From positions 26,784,001-26,848,000 of the forward strand of contig NC_043010.1 in NCBI RefSeq assembly GCF_006345805.1: DNA of 64,000 nucleotides, given 5' to 3'. The stretch's first letter is position 1. The number at the start of each line of letters is the position of its first letter. The position numbers and the translations under genes were made by a program. Shown in pieces: positions 50,361 to 63,740 of this stretch. A model generated the notes under the pieces. That model was not told where the DNA came from. It was given only the letters and a program-made list of their open reading frames with translations, and did not search any database. Source of the stretch: Octopus sinensis (taxonomy: Eukaryota).

Positions 50361-50751
50361 CTCTTTTACTATTTTACTTGTTTCAGTCATTTGACTGCAG
50401 CCATGCTGGAGGAGCACTGCACTTAGTTGAGCAAATCGACCCCAGGACTTATTCTTTGTGAGCCCAGTACTTATTCTATCAGTCTCTTTTGCCAAACCGC
50501 TAAGTTACGGAGATGTAAACACACCAGCGTCGGTTGTCAAGTGATGTTCGGGGGACAAACACAGACACACAAACATATACACACACATACATATATACGA
50601 TGGGCTTCTTTCAGTTTCCATCTACCAAATCCACTCATAAGGCTTTGGTCAGCCTGAAGCTACAGTAGAAGACACTTGCCCAAGTGGGACTGAACCAAGA
50701 ACCTTGTGGTTGGTAAGAAAGCTACTTACCACACAGCTACTCCTGCACCTA
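50361..50751 (-). mobile_element. SINE family 1, near full length
   Basis: Reverse complement of the 25272-25640 type, from tail to gtggctgtgtgg-like head. Confidence 0.85.
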
Positions 50752-51446
50752 TATACATTATATATTTATTATATTATGTAGATTATTATTTAGATTTCTT
50801 ATGTTATAGATTTCTTGTGTTTTGTGATATTTTCTGAGCCACTAACCACTAATGGATCAGATGGATGCTGAGAACAAACAGATGTACTACTAGATTACAG
50901 ACATTAAGCTACAGACAGAGAGAGAGAGGGGGGGGAGAGAGAGAGAGAGAACAATGGCAACAGCTGTCCAAGACAGCTTTTTACTAGCAGGCACATCCCT
51001 CGTTGTTCTTGGATGGCAACACACACCTCATGAAGTTGAAGCATTAATAAAACTGATGCAGATTATGGCTTTGTCACCCTAGCATGAAGAGTGGAGATTA
51101 GATAGAAGAGAGAGAGGGGGGCTGAAAAGTAAGAGAGAAAGGAAGAAAGAAAGAGAGTTTAGGATTACTTTAATAATATAATATATATCCAGCCTGATGT
51201 AATTGTCATTACTCTATCTCTGTGTCAACCAGACTATGAAATGTCCTCCTACAACACTGAACACAGTGCACTTCAAGAAAGATTGTTCCACCACCCTCTC
51301 TGAACAGGGAAGGGAAGATCTGTTTTTTCTCTGTAGTGGCCATTGCAAAAGAGGTAATGTGGAGGACACACATGAAAGGTATAGTGACAGGCGTCTTTAT
51401 CTCCAGCCTCGGTTTAGTGAACTTTTTTGTTTTCCATCTTAAGAGG

Positions 51447-51817
51447 AAAACAAGAGCACTCAAAGAGTGCAAACCTCCGCCAAGGCAACACCAACATCCT
51501 CTCAATGATTAGCCAGAGAGGATTTTTAAAATGAGAATATCTGAAATAAACTCAACTGCTCTCACAAATGAGGAAACTAAAAATGAACCCAACCGCTCTC
51601 AAAAATTAAGTAAAGAAACAGGAAAAATAATCCAGAATCCTTATCGGGTATCAGATTGACCCCAAAAACTAATCAGTTTGTGCCAGTCATGAGGCCAAAT
51701 ATCCCTGGAAGTTTCATCTGAATCCATTCATTGGTTCTTGAGATATCTTGTCCATGGACAAACAAACAAATACAATTGAAAACAATACCTCCACCTTCGC
51801 TAAGGCAGAGGTAATAA
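51447..51817 (-). mobile_element. Helentron-associated (HINE/DINE-1-like) non-autonomous element
   Basis: Terminal palindrome ACCTCCACCTT-cgct-AAGGCAGAGGT (51787-51812), subTIR ACCTCCGCCAAGG (51473-85), stem-loop GCACTC-aaa-GAGTGC (51456-70), T-rich flanks on the minus strand. Confidence 0.8.
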
Positions 51818-51984
51818 AGCTGGAGAGGAGACTCTTGCCACTCAGTGCATATGAGAAAAGATGGAAGAAAGTGGCAAGCATGGTGAGAGTGAATGTGCCT
51901 GCTTAAGGGAGAACATAAAAGTCTCTTAAAGGGTTCAGTGGAGGAATGTGGTTTGTGGGGTTGTACCCATCCCTCACTCCATCA

Positions 51985-52560
51985 TCATCATCCGTTTTTA
52001 TATATCATCATAAATTTTTAATCTTGTCATTTCATTCGATCCCCTGATCCCTTTGTCTGTCCTCTCTTTGTTTTTACCTTTATGGTACATTAAAAAAATC
52101 ATTTCTTCCCTTGATTGTTTCCTTCTCTCCCATTTGATCCCCAAATTTTTGCACTGTGCCATTTTCCCATTGTCTTGGAGGTCTTCCAAGTGGACTCTTC
52201 TGATCTTTTGGATACCACTTAACAACTGCACAAGTCCACCTGTTGTGTAGTCAAGTTTGGTGCAACATACCAGAACAGTCATGGGCAAATTGTGGCCCAC
52301 AGTACCTCTTGAATGGCACATCTAGTCATGTCTCATGTGGCCACTTCCTTGCAAAGGTTGCCCATGACTGTACTAGAGATTAAAGTAAGAATCTCCTTTT
52401 TTAATTGTAAGCTGTAGCATGGTACACATATACTGAAATGTGGTTGGAAAAAGTTCAGAGTTAAATACACATTAACATAACAGGAAGCATATATTTTACA
52501 TATGCAGTCTTGCACTACATGGCATTCCCTTCATCAGCAGCCGATCAGAGATCTTAATGA
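51985..52560 (-). mobile_element. Old RTE-type LINE C-terminal remnant
   Basis: Minus-strand NRWTCAVVKWYPKDQKSPLGRPPRQW at ~52164-52250; (GAT)n tail at ~51985. Confidence 0.6.
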
Positions 52561-53164
52561 TTTCAACACTTTGCAACAGTAACACTAAAATAGTGACAAA
52601 ATGCACCGAGAGACCCACTATGTACAGCTTTCTGTGTCTGAGAATTTATCTACATTATTCATGGCACTAGAGGCTATTCTTGAACTAATAGCTATCGATG
52701 CACCATGACACTTACTATCACCAATCTTAGACTTTTTGTTTCTTTTTTTTGGCATTTTCAGTCTCTTTTCTACTTCTTTGTACTTTACTGATAACAATAA
52801 TTTAGTTGTAAAATTTATTTATTCATTTACTTTTTTTTTTCATTTATTTGTTAATACTATTATTGTTGTTTAAACTTTGTGCCTTTTGCTTTCCTTTCGT
52901 TTTCGAAATGACAAATATCATCTTGTGTCGCAACAGTGCAATAATTTCTGTATTTTGATTCAAGCAACAAATCAGTGTTGAGAAATCTGAAGTTAAAGAA
53001 AGCAAGAAGGCTGTTAGGGGTGGCGGTGGTGGTGATGACAACAATGATGATGATGACAATGGTGGTGGTGGTGGTATTAGAAGAAGTGATAATGATGTTG
53101 GTAACAATGATGATGAGGATGGAGTTGGTGATGATAGTTTGCTATGATGGTGGTGATGGTGGCT

Positions 53165-53702
53165 TTAGTGGGGAGATGGTGTTGTTATTGGTGGTGGTGT
53201 TCGTGGTGATGGTAATGGTGATGATGGTGCTGGTGGTGCTGGTGGTGCTGGTGGTGCTGGTGCTGGTGCTGGGGCTGGTGGTGCTGCTGGTGATGATGGT
53301 GCTGGTGGTGCTGGTGGTGCTGGTGGTGCTGGTGGTGCTGGGGCTGCTGGTGCTGGTGGTGGTGCTGGTGCTGGTGGTGCTGGTGCTGGTGGTGCTGGTG
53401 CTGGTGCTGATGGTGCTGGTGGTGGTGCTGGTGGTGCTGGTGCTGGTGGTGGTGCTGCTGGTGGTGCTGGTGCTGGTGGTGCTGGTGCTGGTGGTGCTGG
53501 TGCTGGTGCTGATGGTGCTGGTGGTGCTGGTGCTGCTGGTGCTGCTGGTGCTGGTGCTGGTGGTGCTGGTGCTGCTGGTGCTGGTGCTGCTGGTGGTGCT
53601 GGTGCTGGTGCTAGTGGTGCTGGGGCTGGTGGTGCTGGTGGTGCTGGTGCTGCTGGTGCTGCTGGTGCTGGTGCTGATGGTGCTGGTGCTGGTGGTGCTG
53701 GT
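53165..53702. repeat. Compound GGT/GCT triplet array (~540 bp)
   Basis: Direct reading; source of the poly-VL, poly-ST and poly-PA ORFs. Confidence 0.95.
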
Positions 53703-54399
53703 GAACTTTGTAAGCATGGAATAGTGGATGTTTCCCATGTTTGCATGGATGTGATGGAATTTGTTAAGGAAGATTTTCTACGGCTGGGTGCTCTCCCTGT
53801 TGCCAACCCTCACCTGTTTCCAATTATAATATTTCCCATGGCCAGACATGTTTTTCTTGGAGGATTGGAAACAAACAACACCACTGGTATGATGGTGATG
53901 CTCATTTACAACTGTTCCACTGTGTCTGAATTCAAGGAGACACAAACATGCAGATACACATATATAACCTATACATACATATATACACACATTTGTGTGT
54001 GTGTATGTCTGTATTATATCTATATATACATACACACATATACATATATATTTATGTGTATGTGATTATATCATCTAACCCCCTCTCCCCCTCCTCATCT
54101 AACCTCCCCCCGACCCCTACTTCTCTTCAGTCCTTCATCCTTTCACCCCTACTCCTCTTCCCTTCTTCCCTCTTTCTCCCTCCCTCCTTCTTCCCTCTTC
54201 CCCTTCCCTATTTCTCTCTGCTCCCTCACTCCCCTTCTCTCTCTCTCCCCTCTCCCTCTATCCACCCTCCTCCTCTCCCCTCCTCTTCTCCTCTCCTTCC
54301 TTCTCCCCTTCCCCTTCCCCCCTCTTCTCCCCTTTCTTTCTCCCCCTCTCCTACCCATTACCTCACCCCTCTTCCCTCATCTCCTCTCTCCACACTACA

Positions 54400-54812
54400 C
54401 CATACGACTTTACAAATCACATCATATATACATACACACGTCCAGACCTCTCATACGCACTAATACTCTCTCCTACACACACACACACTCTTCTCATACA
54501 CACACACACACTCTTATGTTGGGGTGAGGTCATTCAACCCTATTATCTCCCCTAATTTCGCTCTTGCGTCTCATGTTTGATCTTTGACTTCTGGCCGAAA
54601 TCAGATCGCCATGTTCATTCGCTAGCTTCTGCACGCATATTTTTTTTCTCTCCTTCTTTCTGTGTTTTTTCTCTGTGTATCTTTCTGTTGAAGAGCGTAG
54701 GCTCAAAACGTTAAAGACTTGTTTTATTTATATTTCCTGAGCGCCATACTAATACAATTGTTTGTTTGTATTCCACCTGCCTTCGTCTTTTGTTTATTTC
54801 CGTAAACCTACC
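54400..54812 (+). mobile_element. Penelope-like terminal repeat (family A variant) with hammerhead motif 54680-54717
   Basis: TCTTT-CTGTTGA-A-GAGC-GTAG-GCTC-aAA-ACGT-T-AAAGA; downstream ttcgtcttttg...gtaaa as at 9265-9300. Confidence 0.6.
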
Positions 54813-54842
54813 TTCTTTTGTCTATTTTCATAAAGCTTCCCG

Positions 54843-54875
<33 letters not shown>

Positions 54876-55189
54876 ACAAAATATTAAGGAAAGACCCTTA
54901 CAGGTCGTTCGACTCACTTGAAAAGAGCAGCCAAAACTCAAACCGCAAAAATAGTAGTAATCCTGAAAGCTAAAGGAGAAATAAAAACATTTATCCTTTT
55001 CAACTTTGTACCCTGCAAGGTTTCAACAATTTTTACGCAATCGAACTTAATTAAATTAAATTAAATCCGTTTACGATTGGTTTGTTTCATCAGCAAAGTC
55101 CCAAAAGAAAAGGCGAACATATACACACGAGGCGATACCACTGAAGCCCCGAGTATATATATCCTAAAATATATATCCTAAAATATATA

Positions 55190-55227
<38 letters not shown>

Positions 55228-55289
55228 CAAATTTAAATTGCAAGTTGGAAATGGAATGTTATTAATATCAGCAACAGCAGCAAAACCCC

Positions 55290-55912
55290 TATCATCATCA
55301 TTGCCATCATCATCATCATCATCATCACCACCACCACCACTACCACCACCACCACCACCACCATCATCACCACCACCACCATCGTCATCATCATCATAAT
55401 CATTATAATCATCATCATCAGGAGCAGCAGCGTCGTTATAATCATTGCCATAAACATCATTCTCACTCATATCATCACAGTTTGCATTGTCAGCATCACT
55501 GTTATTGCTGCCATCCATCACCAACACCAACGTCACTATCACCTCCACGTCCATCGTCATCTTCATCATTAATACCAGCATCATATCACCACTGTCACCA
55601 TTTTCATCATTACCATTTATCATCCCCACTACCAACACCCTCACCAGTACCATCATTATCATCACCATCATTATCATCATCTTCATCATCATCATCATCT
55701 TTATCACCATCATCACTACCACCACCACCATCATCATCACCCCACCATCATCATCATCACCATCATCACCATCATCATCATCATCATCATCATCATCACC
55801 ATCTTTATCATCACCATCATTATCATTACCATCACCATCATCACCACCATCATCATCAACATCATCATCGTTGTCATCGTTGTTGTCCCTACCATTCCCA
55901 TCACCACCATCT
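55290..55912. repeat. Degenerate CAT/CAC triplet low-complexity tract
   Basis: Direct reading; source of the poly-His/poly-Ser/poly-Ile ORFs. Confidence 0.9.
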
Positions 55913-57005
55913 TCACTGTCTTTTGTCCTTTTTTTTTCAACAGATTTTTATCCACATTGACTTAGTCTTGGAACCAAAATACAGAAATTATTGCAATGCT
56001 GCAATGCAAGACAATATTTGTCATTTTAAAAGTGCAAAAAATGAAAAAGAGCCAAGAAAAGCAAAACTCAATAAAAACAAAAAAAAAAAACAATAAACAC
56101 TAATGGCAATAACAATTATAATTATTCTTTCTGCCAGAGGTAGAAGGCCTGGAATTTGAAGGAGGGGACTAGTTGATTATATCAACCCTAGTTTTTGACC
56201 AGTACTTATTTTATCGACCCCAAAAGGATGGAAGGGAAAGTCAACTTTAGCAGAATTTTAACTCAGAACATAAAATGGTAACGAAATGCTGAGCAGCATT
56301 TGTCCCATCAGACTGACAATTCTGCCAGCTTGCCATCTTCATCATCATCATCATAATCATCAACACCATTTAACGTCTGTCGTCCATGCTGGCATGGGTT
56401 GAACGGTTTGACCAGGGCTGGTAAGCTGGAAGGCTGCACCAGACTCCAGTCTGATTTGGCATGGTTTTCTATGGCTGGTTGCCCTTCTTAATGCCAACTA
56501 CTTTGAGAGTGTCATGGGTACTTTTACATGCCACCAGCACAGGTGCTATTTGCATGACACCAGTATCTGCCACGACTGCAGTTTTGCTCGAACTGATGGG
56601 TCTTCTTCTCAAGCGTGACATAATGCCAAAGGTCTTGGTCATTTCCCCCATGGAGCCCAACACTTGAAAGGATCTAATAATAATTCTTTCTAAGTTTAGC
56701 ACAAGGCCTGACATTTTGGGAGAGGGGATAGTTGAACACATCAGCCCCAGTGTTCAACTGGTACTTATTTTATCGACCCCAAAAGAATGAAAGACAAGGT
56801 TGACCTTGTCAGAATTTGAACTCAGAACATAAAGCCAGAGAGCTGCACCAGGCTCCAATTGTCTGTTTTGGCCATATTCCTATTGCTGGTTGCTCTTCTT
56901 AATGTCAACCACTTTACAGAATGTAATGGGTGCCTTTCATGTGCACCCCGTACATTGTTATCATTAAAGGCAAGAATCCAGAATTGCCAATATTGATGAG
57001 AATAA

Positions 57006-57041
<36 letters not shown>

Positions 57042-57349
57042 TATGTTGTTAGATTAATGGTTTATTGTTGGTTTAAACTTGTGTAAGATAAATATTTAAG
57101 CATGGACGGAGATGAGAATCATTAACGGTTAAAAAAAAGAAAGCGAAAAATAAATAAAGACTAAATATAATGGTTGGGTGTATGTATTAGGTAAATTTTT
57201 AAATATCGAGACATGTTCTATTTAGAAAATGTTTCAATTGGTAAAGAAAGAACGGGAGGTGGATAGAGAGATGGAAAGAGAGAGAGAGAAAGACAGGATG
57301 TGAGAGAGAGAGAGAGAAAGAGAGTAATGATGTATGTATGTATATGTAC

Positions 57350-57490
57350 ATTATTTACATTATTTACATTTGACGGGTTTTTGTCCTCATCTTGTTTGTT
57401 GTTAACACAATGTTTCATCAGATGAAATGTTGTGTTAGCAACAAACAAGATGAGGACAAATATTCGTCAAATGTAAATAATGTAAATAAT
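57350..57490. repeat. Head-to-head palindrome of family B tails
   Basis: 57350-57416 vs 57424-57490 joined by atcagat; matches the tails at 45088-45150 and 22982-23015. Confidence 0.85.
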
Positions 57491-57932
57491 TCCTCATCTC
57501 TTAAATATAGAACTGTATGTATATGTATGTATACATATATACTATGTGTTTGAATGTGTATGTATATAAGACATTTTATTCATCAAAGCTGGAATCTTGG
57601 TCATCTATGTTTTTATATTCCTTCAGCATGTTAATCTATTCTGGAATTATCAGTCCAATTTGATACTGTCTCATGAAAAGAAAAAAAAATGGTTTCCCTA
57701 AATTCTAAATCTTTGACATAATACCTGATATTTTATCTTAGCAGAAGAACAGGACAACGCAAAACCGCAGTCGCATTAGTTGCTGTACAATCAAATCAGC
57801 GATCAAACGAACAGACAACAATCAGCCTTTATGTCTAAAGACTAATATTGTTTGTAAATCTTTTTGTCAATACGGAGACACACACATTGGGTCAACGAAT
57901 CAGAAATTACATATCAATACGTAACAGGACGG

Positions 57933-58128
57933 AAGGCCGGCAGAATCATTGGCACACAAATTGCTTAGTGACATTTCATCTGTGTTTATGTTCCGAGTTC
58001 AAATTTCGCCGAGGTCGTCTTTGCCTTTCATCCTTTCAGGGTCAATAAATTAAGTACCAGTGAAACACTGGGGTCGATGTAATTGACTTCCTGAATTTGC
58101 TGGCCTTGTGTCAGAATTTGAAAACAAT
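57933..58128 (+). mobile_element. SINE family 3
   Basis: ggcagaatcattggcac..ccgagttcaaatttcgccgaggtc..cctttcatcctttcagggtc. Confidence 0.8.
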
Positions 58129-58759
58129 ATAACCAAATATTATTGTTATCATCTTCATCATTATTTTAATGTTCACTTTTTTAAGCTTGTCTGGGGCAAT
58201 CAGCATTCATTGATGGATACCCTACCATGGAATACCCTTCCTGTCGCCAATCCACCCGTTTCCAAGCAAGGTAATTATTTTCCCTGGGGCCAAACATGTT
58301 CTTACTATCATGCAATATCCAGAGAAGGCGATACAAACACACACATATATGTATGCATACATACACATACACATGCATACATACATACACATGCATACAC
58401 ACATACACATGCACACACACATATGCATGCATACACACATACACATGCATACAGACATATGCATGCACACACACATACGCATACATACACATATACACAT
58501 ACATACACATGCATTCTTCTATTTTTTAATTTGTTTTGGTCATTTGACTGTGGCCATGCTGGAGCACCACCTTAAATGTGTTTTTTAGTCAAAGAAATCA
58601 ACCCTAGGGCCTATTCTTTGTAAGCCTAGTACTTATTCTATCGGTTACTTTTGATGAACCACTAAGTTATAGGGATGTAAACACCAACCTTGGTTGTAAA
58701 ATGATGGTCAGGAGACAAACACAGACACACAAATACAGACATGCGTGCATACATATATA

Positions 58760-59327
58760 ATGTGTAACCAGCCCACTTATGAGTACCCCTCATTCATTGA
58801 ACTTGGCTTATGAAGACCTGTTGAGGCAAGTGAAATCAAAATCACTGACGTGGCCAATGACAGTACTGCCTGATTGGCACTCATGCCGGTGGAACGTTAA
58901 AAACACCACCCGAGCGTGAGCTTTGCCAGGGCTGCTGATTGGCTGCCGTACTGGTGGCACGTAAAAAGCACCATTCAAGCATGATCATTTCCAGCATCGC
59001 CTTACTGGCACATGTGCCAGTGGTATGTGGAAAATAACATTTGAGCGTGGTCGTTGCCAGTACCACTGGACTGGCTCCTGTGCAGGTGGCACATTAAAAA
59101 CACCTTTTGAGCGTGGTCATTGCCAGAACCGCTGAACTGGCCCTTGTGCCGGTGGAATGTAAAAGCACCCACTACATTCTCTCGGAGTGGTAGGCTTTAG
59201 GAAGGTCATCCAGCTGTAGAAATTTTGCCAGATCAGATTGAGCCTGGTGCAGACTTCTGTCTCACCAGTCCTCAGTCAAAACCGTCCAACCCATGCCTGC
59301 ATGGAAAGCGGACATTAAACAATGACA

Positions 59328-59368
<41 letters not shown>

Positions 59369-59370
59369 AG
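58760..59370 (+). mobile_element. RTE LINE 3' UTR copy with hairpin repeat units
   Basis: ccagcccacttatg start (as at 38177), repeat units, ccatgcctgcatgg, (GAT)n. Confidence 0.85.
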
Positions 59371-59861
59371 ATTGATAGATAGACAGATATAGATAGACAG
59401 ACAGACAGACAAATGACAGACTTCTTTCAGTTTCCATCTACCAAATCTGCCCACAAGGATTTGTTCAGTCTGGGCCATAGTAGAAGACAGTTCCTCAAAG
59501 TGCCACTCAGTGGGACTGATATTATATATATGTTATCTTTAATCTTTTACTTGTTTCAGTCATTTGCCTGCAGCCATGAGAAAATTTGGTCAATAAAACC
59601 TGAAAGAAGCCTAGCATGAAACCACTGTCCCACGGCCATTACAACCTCACTCATTTGAAGTAACTTCTTTTCTCTTTGTGACCCCAGTAGTACCAGTGGC
59701 ATAAGCAAAGCACCGAGGACACTCTGCAAAGTGACTCATGTTAGAAGCCATGCCCATGCAGACAGTGGAGCTCAACGCAGTCCTCCAGCATCTTGGATCC
59801 TGTCTGACCATCCAATCCAAGCCAACATGGAAGATGCACATTGAATGATGATACATATACA

Positions 59862-59867
59862 TGTGTT

Positions 59868-59901
<34 letters not shown>

Positions 59902-60480
59902 CCATCAGCATCACCACCATCATCATCATCGTTTAACATCCACCCTCCATGCTGGCATGGGTGGGATGGTTTCACAAAAGCTGGCCAGGCAGAAGCCTAC
60001 ACCAGATATCTGTAACTGTTTTGGCAGGATTTTTACAGCTGGATGCCATTCCTAACATTGCCAGCATCACCTTACTGGCACATGTGCCAGTGGCATGTGG
60101 AACACAACATTTGAGTGTGGCCGTTGCCAGTGCTGCCGAACTGGCTCCTGTGCAGGTGACACATGAAGAACACCTTTTGAGCGTGGTTGTTGCCACAACC
60201 ACCAAACTGGCCCTCGTACCGGTGGCATGTAAAAGCACCCACTGCACTCTCTCAGAGTGATTGGTGTTAGCAGAATGGAATTAGTGCTTTTTACGTGGCA
60301 CCAGCACAGGTGATGTCAGTTTTGGTAAGGTTTTTACAACTGGATGCCCTTCCACTTTTAGTGTGCCAACCACTTTACTGTGTGGACTGGATGCTTTTTA
60401 AGTGGCACCAGCACTGACAGGGTCACCAAGTACTTGCAAGACAAAAATCTTTTGAAAGGGGAGGGGGGCATTGGAGGAGG
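59862..60480. mobile_element. Rearranged RTE 3' UTR copies with an internally inverted repeat block (60058-60270)
   Basis: Minus-oriented terminus 59862-60057, plus-oriented units matching 58985-59190, then minus-oriented sequence. Confidence 0.7.
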
Positions 60481-60537
60481 GGATCTTGTTTCAGATGATG
60501 AAAGGTTATAGTGAGACAAAGAGTGTGTGTGTATATA

Positions 60538-60840
60538 CAAGGTGTATCCAAAAAGTATCCAACCTTTGGATTAAAAAACTCACCATTTTGATTTCATCTC
60601 CTTCAAAGTATTCGTCTTGGGAGTCTACACACTTCTACCAGCATTCCTGCCACTGCTGGAAATATTTCTGGAAATCACTTTTTAAGATGCTGTAGAGCTG
60701 TGCTGTTGAATTTTGCTTAATGTCCTCTGTTGACTCAAATCTTTTCCCTTTGAATATTTTTTTGTTTTTTTGAGCTTTGGGAATAGCCAAAAGTCACACA
60801 GAGCCAAGTCTGGGGAGTAGGAAGCCTGACGATGTTTGCT
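60538..60840 (-). mobile_element. mariner 3' end remnant
   Basis: TA plus caaggtgtatccaaaaagtatc TIR-like end; minus-strand YSPDLALCDFWLFPKLK...FQQWQECW*KCVDSQDEYFEG. Confidence 0.85.
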
Positions 60841-61009
60841 CAACCACTTCCCCAGTCAGACAGACACACACCTGTTTATTTGATACGGTTATTAGTCTAC
60901 CTGTGTATATATATTTACGTGTCATAATTACTATGAATGAATACCATAGTCCTTATTGCAGTGCAGTGATGATACCACAATAGATTATCTTTCCAATTAA
61001 GTTCAAGTT

Positions 61010-61400
61010 ATCCAGCTGCCTTGCCACTCATGTCCAACCAGCTCGTGATATTGTCCATCCATTATGTTCTTTTGCCTGCCTCTTTATCTTCTGACCTCTA
61101 CTCTTCCTTCCATGATAAAGTTTTCCAAAGCTCTGTTTCTTCAAATATGGCCATAATAAACAAACTTTTGTTCATTCACAATGTTTAGAAGTTGTTTTTC
61201 ATTTACTTGTTGTAACACAAATTCATTTGTCCAGTGGTCCTTGTAAGAGATCTCTTGTAACATTCTCTTGCACACCCACGTTTTTAACGCATTGATTAGA
61301 CCCTCTTCAAATTTGTTCAGTATCCATGCTTTTATACATTATGTCCATACCACAGAATATATAGACATGATTTATATGATACGCGAACAACCAGAAACAT
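61010..61400 (-). mobile_element. Old RTE-type LINE C-terminal remnant
   Basis: Minus-strand YGHI*RNRALENFIMEGRVEVRR*RGRQ. Confidence 0.55.
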
Positions 61401-63740
61401 TTACAGAATTGTCAGAGGAAGTGGCAGCTGCGTTCATCACCTTGGTAAAAATTGAGAAAAGATAAAATGACAACAGCTGGAATGACTTTGATTACTAGAG
61501 TCTGTGGGATGAAGATCAACCTAGAGGATCAGTGGAAGCTGATATGCAAAACAAGCCAATTAGAAGAGCCTCCATGTAGTTATTTACCTACTAGGAGTAG
61601 CAGCTAAATCCCAATCAAATATATTCCTGTCTTAAAACAAATGGAGGCAATATATTGGATTATGGAGTCCCGGTTATACTGTCTGAGAAGAATGTTGAGA
61701 TAGTCGTTGCTGGATTGCCTTAGATCATAGGTCTGCTGGATCAAGCCTAAACTGGAGTTAAACAAGGAAAAATATTCTGCGAATAACAATACAACTGCAG
61801 TAATAGCACCAACTACTACAGCACCACTACCACCACCACCACCACAAACTACCACATTGTTGACAACAACAAAAGCAACAACTACAACAAGTTAAAACAA
61901 TCACTACAGCAACAATAACAACAGTTAAAAACAGTCATGAATACCACCAGTACAACAACAAACACAACCACCTCCACCATTGCCACAACAACAACAACAC
62001 CAAAAACAACAACTGTTGCCACATCAAGAGAAAGAGAAAGAGAATCAAAACGCTGTAGTGTAAATTGGCTAAAAGACAACGACAACAACAACAACAATAA
62101 TAACAGGTGCAGCAACAGGAACTACAGAAATAGCAGCTGCAACAGCAACAATGACATGAACCAGAGAAAATCGCAGTAAATGGAATAATTAAAAAATACT
62201 ACCATTTTGAAAATTGGTTATAAAACAGCAACTACAACAACAGCAACAACAACAATGGCTTACACAATAGCTACAACAAAGCTGTGGACTGATAGGATCA
62301 GTACAATGAGGGACAAAATGCCTTGTGGTAATTAATTATGGCATCTTGTATGTCGAGTTTAAATCCCTCTCTGGTTAGTTCTGTGTTTCGTTCTTCCATG
62401 GGTGGGGAGGTCAATGAAATAAGGTCCCAGTCAAGCACTGGGTGAGTTTATGAGTCTTGTAATACGACCGGGATATGAATGGAATTATATAATGAAAGGA
62501 ACGACAGCTGTTTTACAATAATGGCTTTTTTTTTACAAACCGCAGATAACAACAACAACAGCAATAGCAATGATGGTAACGATTGGAATTGGAAATATAG
62601 AATTAATAGAAAAGTTGCAATAATTGGATTGGATCGGTAACAATTAAGCTATAATCATTAATTTTTATTGACAAAGATGTATGGAGGAGGAGGAGAGGAG
62701 GAGGAAGAGGAAGGGAAAGGAAGACAGGAAAATGGGAGAATGCAAAAATGGAAAAAAAAAGATAAAAGAATGAAGAAAACAGAGCAATAAGAAGAAAAAG
62801 AATAAAAAAGATGGAAAAACGATGTGTTCGAGGAATAAGTTTAAAGAAAACACCAAATAATAATAATAAGGATAAATGAGAAAAAATAAAGCAGAAAAAT
62901 CCAGCAAACAATTGAATATAGAAAAATAAAAATTTAAAAATCATAAAAAAAAAATAGAAAAAATAGACAATAGGAATTTCATGAACAATGATATAAACTA
63001 AAATTAGAATGATAAAAACGAATTAATTATATTTAGTAGGGTAGTAATTAGAGTGGCTGATTGATAGAATCAGTAATGTACCAGTTAAAACTTGAAGAAT
63101 CTAGTTACAGACCTTTATGTTTTGAGTTTTAATCTTTCTATGGTCAATATTGCATTTTGACCATTGCTGGGTCATTAGAATAAAGTACCAATGAAATGAA
63201 TTCCTGAGGTCAAATTAATGAACCAGACTCTCAACACACACACACGCACACATACACACACACACTCACACTGAAATTGTGGTCTTGTCCCTTATACCAG
63301 TGTTAGAACTCTGGATGGTAGATTGGCACAGTTGCTATATCATTGGCTGTTATTTCTTTACAGTTTTTCAATATTGTTTGTTTTCATTCTGAGTTCAAAT
63401 CCTGCTGTGGTCAACTTTGCTTTTCACCTTCTTATATTCAATAAAATATCATGTAATCACTTGACCGACCAGACTCTCAAATGTTGTTACACATCACTTC
63501 ACACAATGCGCTCTTGCATTGTTTTAACCTTAAAACGATGCCACTCCACTGGCTAGGCAAGCATGCCAACAATCCCCACTGACCAAAGGGGGACTGGAGC
63601 AATGCGAAATGAAGTGTTTTGCTCAAGAATACAATGCATTACCTGGTCTGGGAATCGAACCCGTGATCTAGTGATCGTGAATGCAACAGCCTAACCACTA
63701 GGTCACATGCCTTCACAAGTCAATAAAATATAGTATCTCA

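Noticed and set aside
52975-53806. Poly-VL, poly-ST (mucin-like) and poly-PA ORFs
   Set aside because: All are alternative frames of one GGT/GCT array
55482-56096. 204-aa His/Ser/Pro-rich ORF and overlapping ORFs
   Set aside because: Degenerate CAT/CAC triplet tract open in several frames on both strands; no non-repetitive domain
57720-57900. Unique CpG-containing segment with a minus-strand cag|gtatta donor-like site
   Set aside because: Only a 12-codon ATG frame; cannot be distinguished from random or UTR sequence without RNA data
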